Below are positions 25,501-40,500 of a stretch of 64,000 nt of DNA, in pieces. Location: positions 70,928,001-70,992,000 of the forward strand of contig NC_045700.1 in the NCBI RefSeq assembly GCF_009834535.1, in the 5' to 3' direction. The stretch is from Camelus ferus (taxonomy: Eukaryota). The position numbers and the translations under genes are program-made. How positions within the stretch are numbered: the stretch's first letter is position 1; every line of letters starts with the position of its first letter. The notes beneath the pieces were generated by a model, which had not been told where the DNA came from, ran no database searches, and worked only from the letters and a program-made list of their open reading frames with translations.

Positions 25501-28500
25501 ATTGATGGGGCATATTAGAGACAAGAAGTCGGGCAGCGAGTCGTCACACACTACACAGACCATTACAATTACATTATGATTTACATTATGACTTCAAAAT
25601 GCTTTGTGTAACAGCAGCCAGAACCACCAGTATTTTGTAAGTGGGGATTTAGTTTCAGAAAAGCAGCATAACCCACCACTTTAAGTTACTGTTACTATTT
25701 TGAATATTACTGGCATTTATAGTATTATTTTTATTTAATTTCCAAATTTGTTTGTGTTTTATAAAGGCATAAGAGCTATAAGAAGCATCTTCTTTATTTT
25801 GTGGTTACCTACAGTTAAAAAAACTTAAAAAGAAATAATTTAAGCTACCATTGAGAGGCCACCAGAATTTTTTTCCTTTAAAGGGGGTCTGTATGTTATT
25901 CTGGCTTGAGAAATACTACCAGAGGGAAAGACTGAACACCTGCTCCAAACTCCCCTGGCTTTCCTTCCCACCTTCTCACTGGTTAGTGGACTCTGAGGAA
26001 GCGCATGTATCCAGGGTCATTTCTGTAAGAGACGGCCTGATCACACCTCATTCACACCAGGAAGGCAGCCTGTATTCCTTCCTTTGCATGGGTTTGGTTA
26101 TGAGAATATTTCAGAGACTGATGAGGCTCAAAGCAAAAAAATAAAAGACATGAAAAACTGTTTAAGGTGAAATTAAGAAGGAGGCACAGTAGTTATGAGC
26201 CTCAATATAGGAATTCCAAGTTTCTGTGTGAATGGGGTAGCTCTGTTTGTTCTCTCTCCCTCTCCCTCTCTCTTTTTTTTTTAAATCTCTGTCTTCAAAT
26301 GACCTGCTGTCACTAAGAAATTAGGAAAGAGAGAAAGGAATCTTCTTATTTCCCCCGATTCTCTCATGGATTTGAAAATGACCACATACTCCAGTACTCG
26401 CGTTTGGGCCCCGCCCAAGGCTTTGGCCCCCTTGAGCCCGACTTTATCTGTTGATTGCTTTCTGCGGTCGCTGGTACTGTGTTGCATCAGGTCTGCTCTG
26501 ACACCTGTGGTCGCCAGCACTTGCCAAATCCACCTTGTTTCTTGGTATAGGAAGCTGCCCTGTTTCTTTTTCCTACATCCCTACTTGCTCGTGATTGCCT
26601 TTTTCAGACAGCTCGTCATGGGGAAAAGAGCTTTTGGTGAGAAGACATACCGCTCAGCCCCACCTGGTTGTAGTAGGCTGTGGGCATCCCAATGGTAAAT
26701 TTCATGGGGATCACGGCAAGCCCCCTCTTCTTCCAGTAATTCTTTTTGTTAAATTCCTCAGCAGCCAATTTCCTAGCAGAGAATGAAGATTTCTCCAGAC
26801 ATTCTTTCCAGCATCTTCTCAAGGGCTCTGGATTAAATGTCTGCTTATAGGCTGTTTTGCTAATTCTCTTATACATGTTTATTTCTTTAACCTGAAAGAC
26901 AAGAAAATAAAATGGATTTAAAGGATATATACTTATTTCCTATGTGAGGCATGCATTTTTGTTATACCCTTGATATGAAGAAAATCTTTCTAAAATAAGA
27001 AACAACTATTTAAATGGCTATGAATATGTAGGTATAAGTGTACATGTATAAATTTGATGATAACAATCATCATAATAACAATAAAGACTACTATTGAAAA
27101 CTTCATATGCTCCAGGCTGTGGGCTAAGGGTATTCTCTCAGTTAACTTTACAATAACGCTGAGAAAGAGTAGGTCCCAACTATTATGAACTCTCACAAGT
27201 TTTGTTAGTGCTGAGACAAAATTCTCCTGACCCCAAATTCTTTAACTCCTACACAGTGTTTCCTTATTCTTAACTGTTCTCAGATTAATTCCTCAAAATC
27301 TTGAACTGTGCCAGAATGTTTGCACACATGGCCATAATCATTCCATTCTCTCTATTCACGCCCTTGCATGCCTTCACACCAACTCTGGGATTGGCCATGT
27401 GACTTGTCTGGCCAATGGGACAGTATAGGCAGAGACTTGAAAAGTACTTATGCATTAGGGCTTGCCATGTTCTTACCACTCTTGGGAATTCTCTGAATCA
27501 CTATGAAGACTAATCTGGGCTAGACTACTCGAGGATGAGATCCTTCTCAGCTGAGATACCCGCTAGACCAATCAGCCCAGCGACCACCAGGCGTGCAAGT
27601 GAAGCTATCTTAGACCATGAAACTCCAGCTGAGCTTGCCCAGATCAGAAGAGGTACCCAGCTGATCCACAGAATCAGAAGTGCTATTGGTCATTTTAATT
27701 TACTAAGTTTTGTGACTGACTTGTTACACAGCAAGAGCTGATATTTAGATGACGAACTTTGTTTCTTTGAATCTACTTAGGAGCTGACATAATGCTGTAC
27801 GTGGGTGCTCAATATATATTTGAACCAATGGTGTCAAAAATTTTTTAGGGCATTCTGACGGATTACCTACCTGTTCAGGGGGTAAGTTACATTGAGATGC
27901 CACAGCAGTTATATAAGTTTCGACTACCACCGCGACCTGGGGAAATCCAAATCCTCGGAAAGCAGTGTTGGATGGCAAATTTGTTCTGCACGCTCTACCC
28001 CGGCACCGGAAATTAGGAATATTATATGCATTTTCAGATTTCAGCACAACGAACTCAATAACCTGAATGAAGGCAAAACAAAACAAAACTTCATATCTAT
28101 CAAATAGTCAAAACCACTTATCCAAATTTTATCTCTAACTTGAACCCTTCACAGAATTTAATTTGTATGCCAAATGTGCATGCAAATAAAGTGTGACACA
28201 TACAGGTCAACTGGTAACCTATGGGAAAGGCATAGGTCTTATTTACCAACTCAGACTCATCAGGAGTGCATCCACCGTTGATATAATATTCAACATCAGC
28301 AGCTTTGATCACACCATTGTTCATGAACCCAACCTGCAAAGTGATACAATAGGTAAGACCATCTCCTCAATAGTCCTCTACAAGCAGCCCGTGCTGTACA
28401 CAAACACCTGATCACAGTTTGCCAATCCATTCCTTGCTCATGCACATGCCTTGATGTGACAGTCACCAGAGGAACACTGAGGATGGTGCTCAAGTAGACC

Positions 28501-31500
28501 ATTATCCCAAAACAACGTTCTGGTTAGTTTTACCCAGCACCCAAATATCCCTTTCAAGTGGTACGGAATTCAGTAATTGTCCTATTATATGTACTAATAG
28601 TATTTAGTACTATTGGTTGGTTATCACTGGACAATGTTTTAAGCAGTTTCTTGAAGTTTTTGCTTTTACTCACTTTGTATTTTCCGAGAAGTGGGTGGCG
28701 GCCCGCAGTTATCAACATGTCATCACCACGTTCCAGAATAAACCGTATTGGGCGGCCGGTCCTACAGGAAACGACTCTCTTAGTATGCTGGATGCTTCAG
28801 AAAGTTGTAGGTACTCTGAGACAGGGGAAGGGGGCTTAAAATAATCTAGTTTAGTGGTTTTCAGTAGTGGTAATAACATACCTTAAACAACATTTTGGAA
28901 GTTTGTGGGGGCATTAAAATGTGGAAAAAAAAAAGCCCTTATTACTATAATCATTCTGCTTTAGTCATATCTGAGAATTTAGATATTGAAATGATACATT
29001 ATATGGTTATGTTACTTTCCTTTTATTTCTATTTTATATTACATTAAAACATTGTATGATGATTTTAAAATTATGTATGTAAGTAGATTATATTATGAAT
29101 CTTGCATTGGGATAGTGAAAGGGGAATTAAAATATTTGTTATAAGAGGGACTTAGAGGCTGAAAGGGTTGAGAACCAATGCTTTGTCAAGCAAGCTGTCG
29201 CTCCTCCACACTCAGACTCTTCTTTCATGAAGTGTCCAGTGGAGACTCCTCTGACTTCTGAAGGAATGCTCCCAGGGCCTGCACATCTGTACTTACTAGA
29301 CCATTTTTTCTACTGTTGGCAAGTGCCAATGAGTGAAAACATTCACAGTCTTTCTTTTCGTAGCGGGAGCCTGGGTTAAGCTAAGTTTGTCCTGAATATG
29401 CTTAGTGAACTTTGGTAGTTACAAAGTTCATTCACAAAAGTCATGGCTATTCCTGGGTCTGGTTATTCCATCCAGATGATGCAGGGGCTAAGAGAACATT
29501 CCCAGGCAGCAACAGACCCTGGTTTATTTCATGACAAAATATGTCCCTTGTAAGGTTGTGGTTTGGACCCTCCCTCCACTCAGCCAACTTCAGCTTGATT
29601 TATCTTAGTGATTTAAAACATAAACATTTTAAAGAGTGAAATCAATGCAGCTCATGAAAAAGTAGTACATAGTTATGCATGCAATGAGTCAAAATTTACA
29701 GTAGCTACATTTATTTCACACAGCAATCTTGGGAAGCAGGTAGCTCTTACTTTCACCACTTTATAACTGAAGAAACTAAGGCGTCTTGCCCAAGGTGACC
29801 TTGTGAGTGAGTGGGCAGAGCAATGCTTGAACACAGGCTCTCTGGCTCCAGGTCCAGTGTTATTTCACCCACATGCTAACCACACCCTTTGGAAATAAAG
29901 GGCTGACCAACGGGATGAGAGCCGGGATCCAAGACTAGGGGGACGTGGGTAGTATCTGCCCTGCAGGCACTGTGACTTTTTCTTACTTGATGGCGGCCAC
30001 AGCACTGACAGCTCCTAGCAGAGCAGGGCTTGGTCACTTTTCCCCCAAATGCTCCTCCAGTTCTTTTCATGTGACACCCAATTCTACTCCTCGGAATGTT
30101 TAGTGCTGCAGCCACAAATTCCTGCAAGAGGTAAGTCCCCAAAGCCACAGAAGTTCAGTTTGATAGTTTATTTCCTTACTCATGTACTTCCCCTCTGCCT
30201 AGTAAAAGAAATTCAGTAACTGAACAAATACAACATTTACAGAACTGTGCAACCATCATCATAATCTGATTTTAGAATATTTTAAGCATCCTCAAAGAAA
30301 CCTTGTATCTATTAAGCAGTCACTCCTAATCTCCCCCAATCTTAAATCCCCCAACCCTCTAGCATGAGGCAACTACTAATCTGCTTTCTGTCTTAATAGG
30401 TTTGCCTGTTCTCAACCTGTTACATAAGTGGAATAATGCAATATTGGGTCTTTCATGACTGGCTTCTTTCAGTGAGCATTGTGTTTCACCGTTTGTCCAC
30501 GTCGTAGCACATATCAGTGCTCTATTCCTTTTTGTGGCTGAACAATATTTCATTGCGTAGATATACCAGCTCTTTTAATCCATTAATTAGTTGATGGATA
30601 CCTGTGTTGTTTCCACTCGGCTATTGTGAATAATGCTGCTATAAACACCTGTATGGGAGTTTTTGTGTGGACATTTATTTTCGTTTTTCTTGGGTAGATA
30701 CCTGGGGGTGAAATTGCTGGGTTATAATGATCACTCTATCTTTAACATCCTGAGAAACTGCCAAGCTGTTTTCCAAAGTGGCTGTGATATTTTTCATGGG
30801 TACTAGCGAGGTGTGAATGTCCTCATGTCTCCACAGCCTGGCTTGTCACTGTTCGTCCTTTGAGTTGGCCGTCCTAGTGAGGTGGTATTGTGGTGGTTTT
30901 CACTTGCTTCCCCCTGGTGACTAATGACACTTAGCATCTTAGCATCTTGTCCTGTGCTTATCAGTCATTCATAGACATTCTTTGGAGAAACGTCTGTTCA
31001 AATTCTTTACTGGGCCTGCTTTGGATACTGCCCCCGGTTCTGGGCTGTGGGCTATGGGCTGTGAGTACCCAGTGCCCCCGTCACCCCGGGGAAAGGGTCA
31101 CTGCTGCCGTGACTGACTAGCTTAGGAGGTGCTGAGGGGAGATAACAGGGTGACCTTGGGACACACATTATTCCTTGGCTGTTGGTCAAAAGAGACCTCA
31201 GAGGTGATCTTTAACAACTTCTTCAGTTTACAGAAAAAAGATATTGATGTCCAGCGACTTGTGGGAGATCATGTATCTGCTTAGGGGCAGAGTCCATATC
31301 TCCTCACTCTTCCTCCTTCCACTTCAAAATTTACAACTGTGGAGGTCACAGCCAACCTCAGCTCAGCATCAGTCCCTCAGTCTTTCATTTTGCCTTGAAT
31401 GGCAGCTGGGAGCTTCCTCCTCCCACTGAGGCTAGCTGCCCTTCCCGATCTTGGGGTACCACCTCACTGTGCTCCACCAGGAAGCCCCGAGTTTTTCCCT

Positions 31501-34500
31501 TCAGTGAGACTTGTCATTACCCCTCCTCCCAGACCTCCTCCTCCTGTGCCTGCCACTATCCGAGGACCTACAACTCCACATTTCAGAAGAGGGGAATGTC
31601 GAGGATTTTCCTTACTTTCCTGCGTGTGACAATGCCTTATAGCTCAACCAGTGGAACAGGGCTGGAATTCACATACTACCATGTTGAGCTGCAAATGGCT
31701 TGGAAAGGCAATCACTTTACATGGGCACCACCAATACCTGAAAACTTTCATACAGAGAAGCAATGTAGATGAACCACAAAAGGAACTGTGGTTGTAACAC
31801 TAAGGCTTTGATCTCCCTGAGATGAAGATTTACATTATCAATTGTTACGAGGGAAAGATGAACTTGGCCTTCTATTTTGGAAGGTAACAAAATTTTCAGA
31901 TCTCTTTGAAAGGTCTGCCCTTTTAGGGAAATATTTGCCCCATTTCCTTCATTCTGGGCTTCAGCCAATGTCAAGTGTGCAGGGAGTTCCAGGTGTGGGA
32001 GTAGGAGGAATCAAAAGGCCCCTAGAGTGGAAGGCCTGGTTGTAAGGGCCTCTGGAGTCTCATTATCCAAAAATATCCTGTTACCTGCACATGGGTTGGA
32101 AACTGTGTTCCAAGGTGTAACACAATTTCTTTATCTTCTTCTTTAGGTATAGCCAGGATAGTCTGCGTTTCCATGTAAAAATGTTCCTGTCCTTCCATGT
32201 GGACCTCACCTGTAAAGCATAAACACAGGACAGTGTTTACTGGAAAGTCCCAACCTGGGGGCTTGCGATGGTGTTTAGTTTATCAAGAGCAAGTTACTTC
32301 AGCTTATGGAGAGCTGGACTTTATATGATTTGGTTAAAACACTTTTTCTCATTAATCGTCACTGGGCCTCACCACTGTATGACCCTGGGTGATTCACTCC
32401 CCTCTCCCAGCCTCAGTTTCCTTATCTGTCCAGTGGGTGCTGAGATCTGTGATGTGCTGGACTTGGGCACACAGACGAACCTGGCCACATATCCTGGCTT
32501 TGTCATCTCTTTGCTCAGTGAGTTTGGCCAGGTTATTAAACCCTTGATTCCTCATCTGTAAAATGGGGGGTAATAATACTATGTACCCCATTTAGGTGAT
32601 GTCAGAATTACCGAGTCACAGAGAGAAGTAGCTTGCTAAAGCACACGAGGGTTTAAAATGGCAGAGCTGAGATTGTTCCCAGCCCTAATACCAGCCTACT
32701 CTTATTGGCTTAGCAGAGATTTTTGTTCTGTTCAGTATATCCTTATTATTTTGTAGGCTGTACCAAGAGAGGCATTTGGCCCTTGTTTAAACATTTGGAA
32801 GGTGGTAGTTTTACTTTAACCAAAAGACTCCTGTGCTGTTAAAATAAGTGAATTGTTGTGTCAGGAGACAAAGGATTTCTTAAAGTTATTTCTTGGGATA
32901 ACAGAGTGTGAGTCATGCAAAAAATACTACCCCCTCCAAAAAAAAGTTTGCTTTCAGCATGTATATACTGAATTTAATCTAAACCCAAATTTATTTAATA
33001 AATAAATAGCTTTCACATATGCCAGGTATTGTTCTAAGGCCAAGAACTTTACAGGTAATTTATTCAATCCCCATTCCAATCCTGTGAGGCAGGTATTACG
33101 AGGAAACTGAGACATGGAAAGGTTAAGTAAGCTTCCCAAGGCCACATAGCCAATAAATAGCAGAGCTGGGATCCAAACTCAGGCAATCTGACCCCAGGAT
33201 CCATGCTCTTAACTATTGTAAGACACTACATTCTCTGTAACTCTTAGTCATTTCGGCCCAAATTCCAAATACCCTTTGTATTTCAAATGTCCCATTTGTC
33301 CCCAGATTTTGACTCCCAAAATGGCCAAAATCCTGAATGACAAAGAGGTAGCAACTTGTCACTCTGTTACCCTCAATGAGAATAAAAATTAAAGGAAAAT
33401 ATACCAATATAGTTAGGAGCAAGGGCCTACAGGTCAGCCAGTCCTAGGATCCAGTCCTGGTTCCACTGCTAACTGGATGTGAGACCTCAGCCAATTATTT
33501 AACTTTTCTAAGCCTCAGTTTCCTCATCTGTGAAATGGAACTACTGATATGTTCCTTCTTAGAAGTGTTCCGCTTGCATATTAAATAGTGAGCAGTAATA
33601 CTTAGTAGCTTAAAATAGGCATAACAATAATAATAATACTCATTTATTGAGGTTATTGTCAGGATTAAATAATATAATGCATGTAAAATGCTTAGCATAG
33701 TGTTTGGCACAGTAAGTACCTGATAAATGTTACCTGATATTATTATTATGACTAAGTAACCTTTCACCCAAATTTGTAGTCTTTGCAAAACTCATTTAGT
33801 TTCTTCTATAAAATCTATTATGAAGTAATACATTTTTGGCACAAGAGTAGATACTGTCAAACCTCTGAGCAGCTTTCCTGGCTTTCTTGGTTGTATTTAA
33901 CTACTCCTCAGAGGTAGAGAATTATTTTTATAATTGGGAGTCAGTCTGCATTTTCTGATTAAACTGAATGATGTTGGGAAACAAGTGCTCTAAAGGCATC
34001 TCCTTTAGTAAAAGATAAAAGCTTACAGCACTTGCCATTCCAGTTATTTAGAAGTAGGTAATAGATTTTGTGAAAATTACTATTTCCTTTTACCTAAGAC
34101 CAATAGTTATTCTCTTAGTAGTCTCTCAACCCTGGCCACACATGAGCATCACCTACCTGGGGAACTTTTAAAAAATACTAATGCTCTGACCTGATATTCC
34201 AGGGTTCTGATTTCATTGGTTTGAGGTGGGATCTGAGGGATCTGGGTATTGGTATTAAAAAAAATATATCTTACTGGCTAAGTCTTATCTAGTGCAGTAA
34301 TTCAAAACAACAAACAAACAAATACAGTATTAAGATTGGAAAAGATAAATAAAACTGTCATGATATGATTATATATGCAGAAAATTCAAGAGAATCTATA
34401 AGACTATTAAAATAGTAAGTGAATTTAGCAAAGTTCCTGGCTATAAGATCAGTATACAAAAGCCAACTGTGTTTAATGCATTAGACACAAATAAGTAGAA

Positions 34501-37500
34501 AATTAAGTAAAAGATATCATTTACAGTAGCATTAAAAACCATCAAATACTGGAAATAAATATGAAGAAGGGTGTGCAAGATCTCTATGGTAAAAACTACA
34601 AAGTTACTGAGAGAAATGAAAGGAAATGTAAATAAAAGACAGAGTGTATCATGTTCACGGATTGGAACTTAATATTGTCAAGATTTTAATCCTCTCAAAT
34701 TGATGCTGTTTCAATGTAGCTCCAGTCAAAATTTCAGAAAATTATTATTAGTGGAAATTGATGGAACTAATGATAAATGTATATATACATAAATGCAAAG
34801 AGCCTAATAGCTGAGGTCATATTGAAGAAGAAGGAGCAAAAGGATCTTATACCATCAGGTTTCAAGGCATATTATAAAGTTACAGCAAGTAAGACTGTGT
34901 GGTATTAGCACAAAGACAGATAAACAGATGAGTGGTGTGTAGCAGAGTTCAGATATAGAATAACACAGTCATAGAAACCTGGAAAACGATAAAAGCTGCA
35001 CTGCAATTCTGTAAGGAAAAGGACTAGTCTTCAATAGATGGTGCTAGTGAACTGAATATCAACTTGAAAAAAAAATTGAAGCTTGGCCCCCATCTCACTC
35101 CATAAGGAAAAATTGATTTGAGATGGATCATAGACCTAAATGTCAAAGCTAAAACATTTTATCAAGCTTCCAGGAGAAGTCACAGGAAAATATCTTCATG
35201 ACATTTGGATAAGCAAAAATTTCTTCATGGCACAAAAGCACTAACCATAAAAAAGACTGATAAACTGGAATTTATTAAAATTAAGAACTTTTGTTCATGA
35301 AAAGGAGCCATGAAGACAGTGAAAATGCAATCCACAGACTGGGAGAAGATACTTGCATTGCCCATAACCAGCGAAGAACTCATATCAAAAACATAAAAAA
35401 ATTCCTATAAATCAGTAAGCAAATTGATGGGTTATTACATTAATTATATTAAAATCAATAATATATAATTATCACTTGAATTAACTAAAAACAAGCAAAA
35501 GACTTGAACAAACATCTCACCGAAGAGGATATAAAAATGACCAATATACACATGAAAACTGTTCAATACTATTAGGCATCAAAGAAATTCAATTAAATCC
35601 CACAATGATACTACTAATACACCCATTAGAGTAGATAAAACTAAAAAGACTGACGAGAATGAAAGAACAATGGAAATTTCACAATTATTATTAGGAGTAA
35701 AATTGGAAAGTAAAAAAAAAGTTTGGCATTAACTAAAGGTTAATAATTAAAGGTTAAAATAAAAATAAAAATAAAATAAAATAAAATAATATAATAATAA
35801 TAATAAATAAAAATAAAATAAAAAAATAAAAATAAAATAAAAAAGTTTAATATTAAAACATTATTATTTGGCAATTCTACTCCAGAGTATATTCCATACC
35901 AAAAGACATGTATAATAATAATAGTGTTTACAGAAACTATTCATAATAGCCCCAAGCTGAAAGCAATTCAAACGGTCATCAAAGGTAAAATGGATAAATA
36001 AATTATGGAATATTTATACAATGGAATACTCCTGAGCAATGAAAAAGAACTATGGACCTATGCAACAACATGGACATATCTTCCATACGGAATGCAAGAA
36101 GAAGCACAAGAGAAATCACACTGTGAGATTCCATTTATATGACGTTCAAAACAGGTAAAATTAATCTATAGTGGTAAAGGTGAGAGTAAGACCTTGGGGC
36201 GGGTCACTGACTGAGAGGGGCACAAGGAAGCTTTTGGGGGTGCTGGAAATATTCTCTATCTTGATGTGGGTATTATTTACACAGATTGATATATATGATA
36301 CATACATTTCATCCAGCTATAAACTTATTATTTGTGCATTTAAAATTGTGATTTAAAAGTCACACTAGGGTTGAGAAGCTCTGCTTTAGTGTTAGTATTT
36401 CTCAAACCAGATGACTGAATTTAGTCTTGAACTTCAGAGGCCCGAGACCACTTACCTTCAATGATTTGGTCAACATACTTAAAGGCTTGCTCTACATTTC
36501 CTTGCTCAATTTTTTTCTCAACAGTAAGAAATGAATTGTGCTTTAGGGCTTGCTGTAGGGGAAAAAACAAACCAAAACAAAAAAAGTGTTTTTTTAAGAA
36601 ACATTCTAATAAGTCATTCATTTCCCATCAAAATCCGAAGCTCCTACTCTACCGTATCTTCACACACCAAGACAATCAGGGCAGTGAGGAGAGTCAGCAG
36701 GAATTGGGTTCAAATGGATTATAGGCACTGGTGAGTCCTTCGTTTTGTTCAGGGCTCTGAGGAAGAGCTGAAGGACAGACAAGGATGTATAAAAATATGG
36801 TCCCACTCTTTAGACTGCTGAGTGAGTGCCTGAGGCAGTGTGGTCTTAAGATGCCAACTTTGTGGTGGTGGGGGGCAGACATCAGAGTAAAGAGAGGCCA
36901 AGAAGGAGGAGGTCGGTGGGGCCAGGAATGCTCAGGGATGACTTTGTGTAGGTGACCTAAGTTCGGTGCTTACCTGAATGGAATTAGGACAGTTAGAGAA
37001 GAGGGGGAGAATCATTTAAAGTCAAGGGCGCTTCATAAAGCAATAATTTGAGGTTGAAACCAAGCTGAGGGGACAAAATGAGAAAAAAGCCAGGCTGGGT
37101 AGGTGGAGGTTTTTTATCAAGAAGCAGTTGGATGAGCTTGAAAGGTGGACTGAGGTTGGACTAAGAAAGAGCTTGAGTTCCACACTAGGAGCCTTACCTG
37201 AGGTGACGCTCTTGTATAAGAGAAGTGATCTGACAAACTTCATGGCTTAGAAAGTTAATGTGGTGGGTGGATGGACTGAAATAGAGTACAAGAACCTCTC
37301 TAAGTGGTTATTGCAGTAAGTCTGATAATAGGAGGTAAGGAGTGGGCTGGAGGGTGAAATGGGAGTGCAAGTGAGAATGGAAAGGAGACAGGCTTAAGGG
37401 GCATTCAAAGGATAACCGGGAAAGATTTGAACTTGGTAGATGTTGGAAAGATCGGAGAAAGATCAAAGAGGATGCTGAAGGCTTCACCCTACTTGGCTGG

Positions 37501-40500
37501 GTTTTATATTGTGTATGCACACATTTATCCATCTATCCCTCCATCACACACATTTACTGAGCACCTACTATGGGTTTAGTTTAGTGCTTCACTAGGTACT
37601 TGGGTTATAAAGCACTGTGAATATGTTCTTGACCTCATTAATAACAACTGAAACAAAATAACAGCTAATATTTATTGAATGCATTCCATGTCCCAAGTGC
37701 TGTTCTAAGCATTTGAATTATTTCATTTAAACCTTGCAGTGACCTTTTGGTGTAGAAACTTTCATATTACCCATTTTACAGATGAGGAAACTGACGTATG
37801 AGAAGTTTAAGCAACTGGCCAAAGCTTTCATTGCTGTCAAGAGCCCATTAAATGACTGAGTCAGACTGTGAGCCAGAGTATCTATCTCCAGGGCTTGTGT
37901 TTAAGCAGGAAGCAGGCACTGGAGACAGAGGACTCAAGTTGTAATTCAGTAAATGTTACAACTGTTTTGAGTTTCACACTACACTAGATAATCCCCCTGA
38001 CTAGTTTTGGATGTGAGGCCATTGGACATTGCCCTGGTGCTGCTAATCTGTATTCTGTGGCCACGCCGTGGCAAGACGCCATGAGAAGAGAAGTGGACAC
38101 AGGAAGGAAGGGGCTCCAGACAAGAAAATTCTCAGTATTATGTCTCAAGGTGCATTGCTGGAGGCTTTTCTCTGAAACTATAGATAACTCTGAACACGTT
38201 ATAGACAGAACCCAAATTATACTGCTTTGTGACTCCATGGGTTGAATTCTGTCAAATTTACACCGCCCTAGCCATTCTAGAAGACACGAAGTGGCCTGTG
38301 TACCTCTATCGTGATAATCCTTGGTTCCAGATCTTCATACGTGATCTTCACCTTTTTAGCAGCCTCTCTTGCATGAGCGTAGGTATCAGCAGCCACCGTG
38401 CAGACAATCTGACCCACGCAGATTACCTGCAGAAAAGTCACATGTTGTGTTTTTCAACCTATGAGAATAAACCTTGAACAGGGGGGGCTTGAGTAGGATT
38501 TAGAGGGTATGGAAGTTGGAAGTGGAATTTAATTATCTGGCCTGTGATTGTCTTCAGCTGCATTCCTCACATTCCCATATCACACATAGTAATCCAGTCA
38601 CCCTGAAATTCTGTTGATACTTTCAAAGTCCTCTGCTCTGTATTGCTTCTATAATGTTCATGAATTTTTAGATGCCTTCCCTGAGAGGGTTTATGACCTT
38701 TAACAGAATCTCAAAAGCTTCCACAATTCAAGGGAGAATCTGAGAATTGCTGAGGTGGAGTCACTGGTTCCCTGCAGGTCTTGTGATGTGAACCGAATCC
38801 ATGGATATTACAATCATAACCAGTAATCTTTCAGCATTTCCAGCAGAGCATTTGAATAGTAAGCCATATACTAATCACACACCTCATCCTGTGCATAGAA
38901 GACCTCTCCGTGATGGTTATTATCTCCTGGAACGTCCTCCGCTGTGATCACATCAACAACACCTGGAACTGCCAGGGCTTCTGAAGCATCAATTGCCCTA
39001 GGAGGGAAAATTTGAGAGTCCACATTAAAGTTTCAGGGGTAAGTTCAGGCTAATATAAATGATTCCTCAAACACTGGGAAAAACTACAGTGGGCCTCATA
39101 ACTAAGTCATGGACAGTATTCTATGTTGAAAAGGGCCGAGTATTTAGTAAGCATTCTGACTTGGCCATAAGTTCTTTCATAACTGTGCTTAAAAATGACT
39201 GATTTCCATCCAGAAGAGGAAATTATTCTTAATTGACTTAAATATATAATAAACTCTCAATTTGAATATGAAATTGTGAATGCTTTCCAGTAATATATAG
39301 GAATGTTTTAAATTTCCTTACATGATCTTTGCATGAGCTCGGGTGCTGGTGACTACAGCCAGGAAGAGTTCTTGGGCGACAGGGGGCATGTCATCAACAA
39401 ACACAGCCTCCCCTGTGGTGTGTTTAATGGCCGACTGGTGCATGATCGGGTGACCGACTGGATCTTGTGGGGGTTGGTAAGGATCCACACACTGTTAATG
39501 AATAAAGCAAGTTATTTTACTGCCAGACATTCTCATGCACTGAAAATTGGATCTGATATATCTGGCTTACCCCAAAGTCAAGAAAAAATATAGACAATTG
39601 CGTATTCATGTCTGTGAGTCAAAGTTAATCAATATCCATTGGGTACTACGGTAAAAGATAAATTCTGATTACAACTACCCCCTCACCCCCCAAAATGGAA
39701 GACATTTTTCCTGCCCTCAGAGATTCTACAACCTAGTTAAGGTACCAGAATACACACAAACACATTAACACAATGTGATCAGCTTTGTATAGCAATAAAG
39801 AATAGCTTATACAACTAACTTGGTGCAAGAAAAATACACAAGTTCCTGGGGGATTTATGGTGGTTCTAACGAAGCAGGGAAGTCTTTCTAGAAGCAGTAA
39901 ATGTTGAGTTAAGTTTTTTTAAAAAGTACAGACATTGGTCAAGAAAAGGAGGAAATTTTAAGCAGCAAAACTGAAAATAGTAGGGAAGGGAGATTTAGAA
40001 TCTAATTCCTTGTGTAGCCTCGAGTAAAAGCATAGAAGCTAAACCAAGCAAGTCATGCGTGGGTGACAATGTGTAAGATCAGCTGGCTTCAACTGACTTT
40101 ATCTTTACAAGTAATAAAAATATAGTTGCCAAAAAGAAGGGAGGTATATGCAGCATGCATACATCTGAATGCATAGACAGATTAAAAAACAAAAAACCCT
40201 ACCCACTGACCTGGAACATCTGAATTCCTCGGGGTGTTTCTATGGGGAAGTCTTCTAGAGCACTCATGAACTTTTCTGGGATATCTGGAAACTTCTGGGG
40301 ATCCTGAAGAGAAGATTATTTCACGTTTACTTTTACAACCTGAGTGACCAGCTTGGACAAACACATGCAAAAATATGTTGTCCGATTTATTCTTCCAGAT
40401 ATTAGACACCAGATCTGCTGGGAAAGAGCCCTGAGCTTTGAGTTCCCTAGGCTAGTCGCTGTTATTTGAAGAATAAGTAGATCTATTTGTACACACAGAG

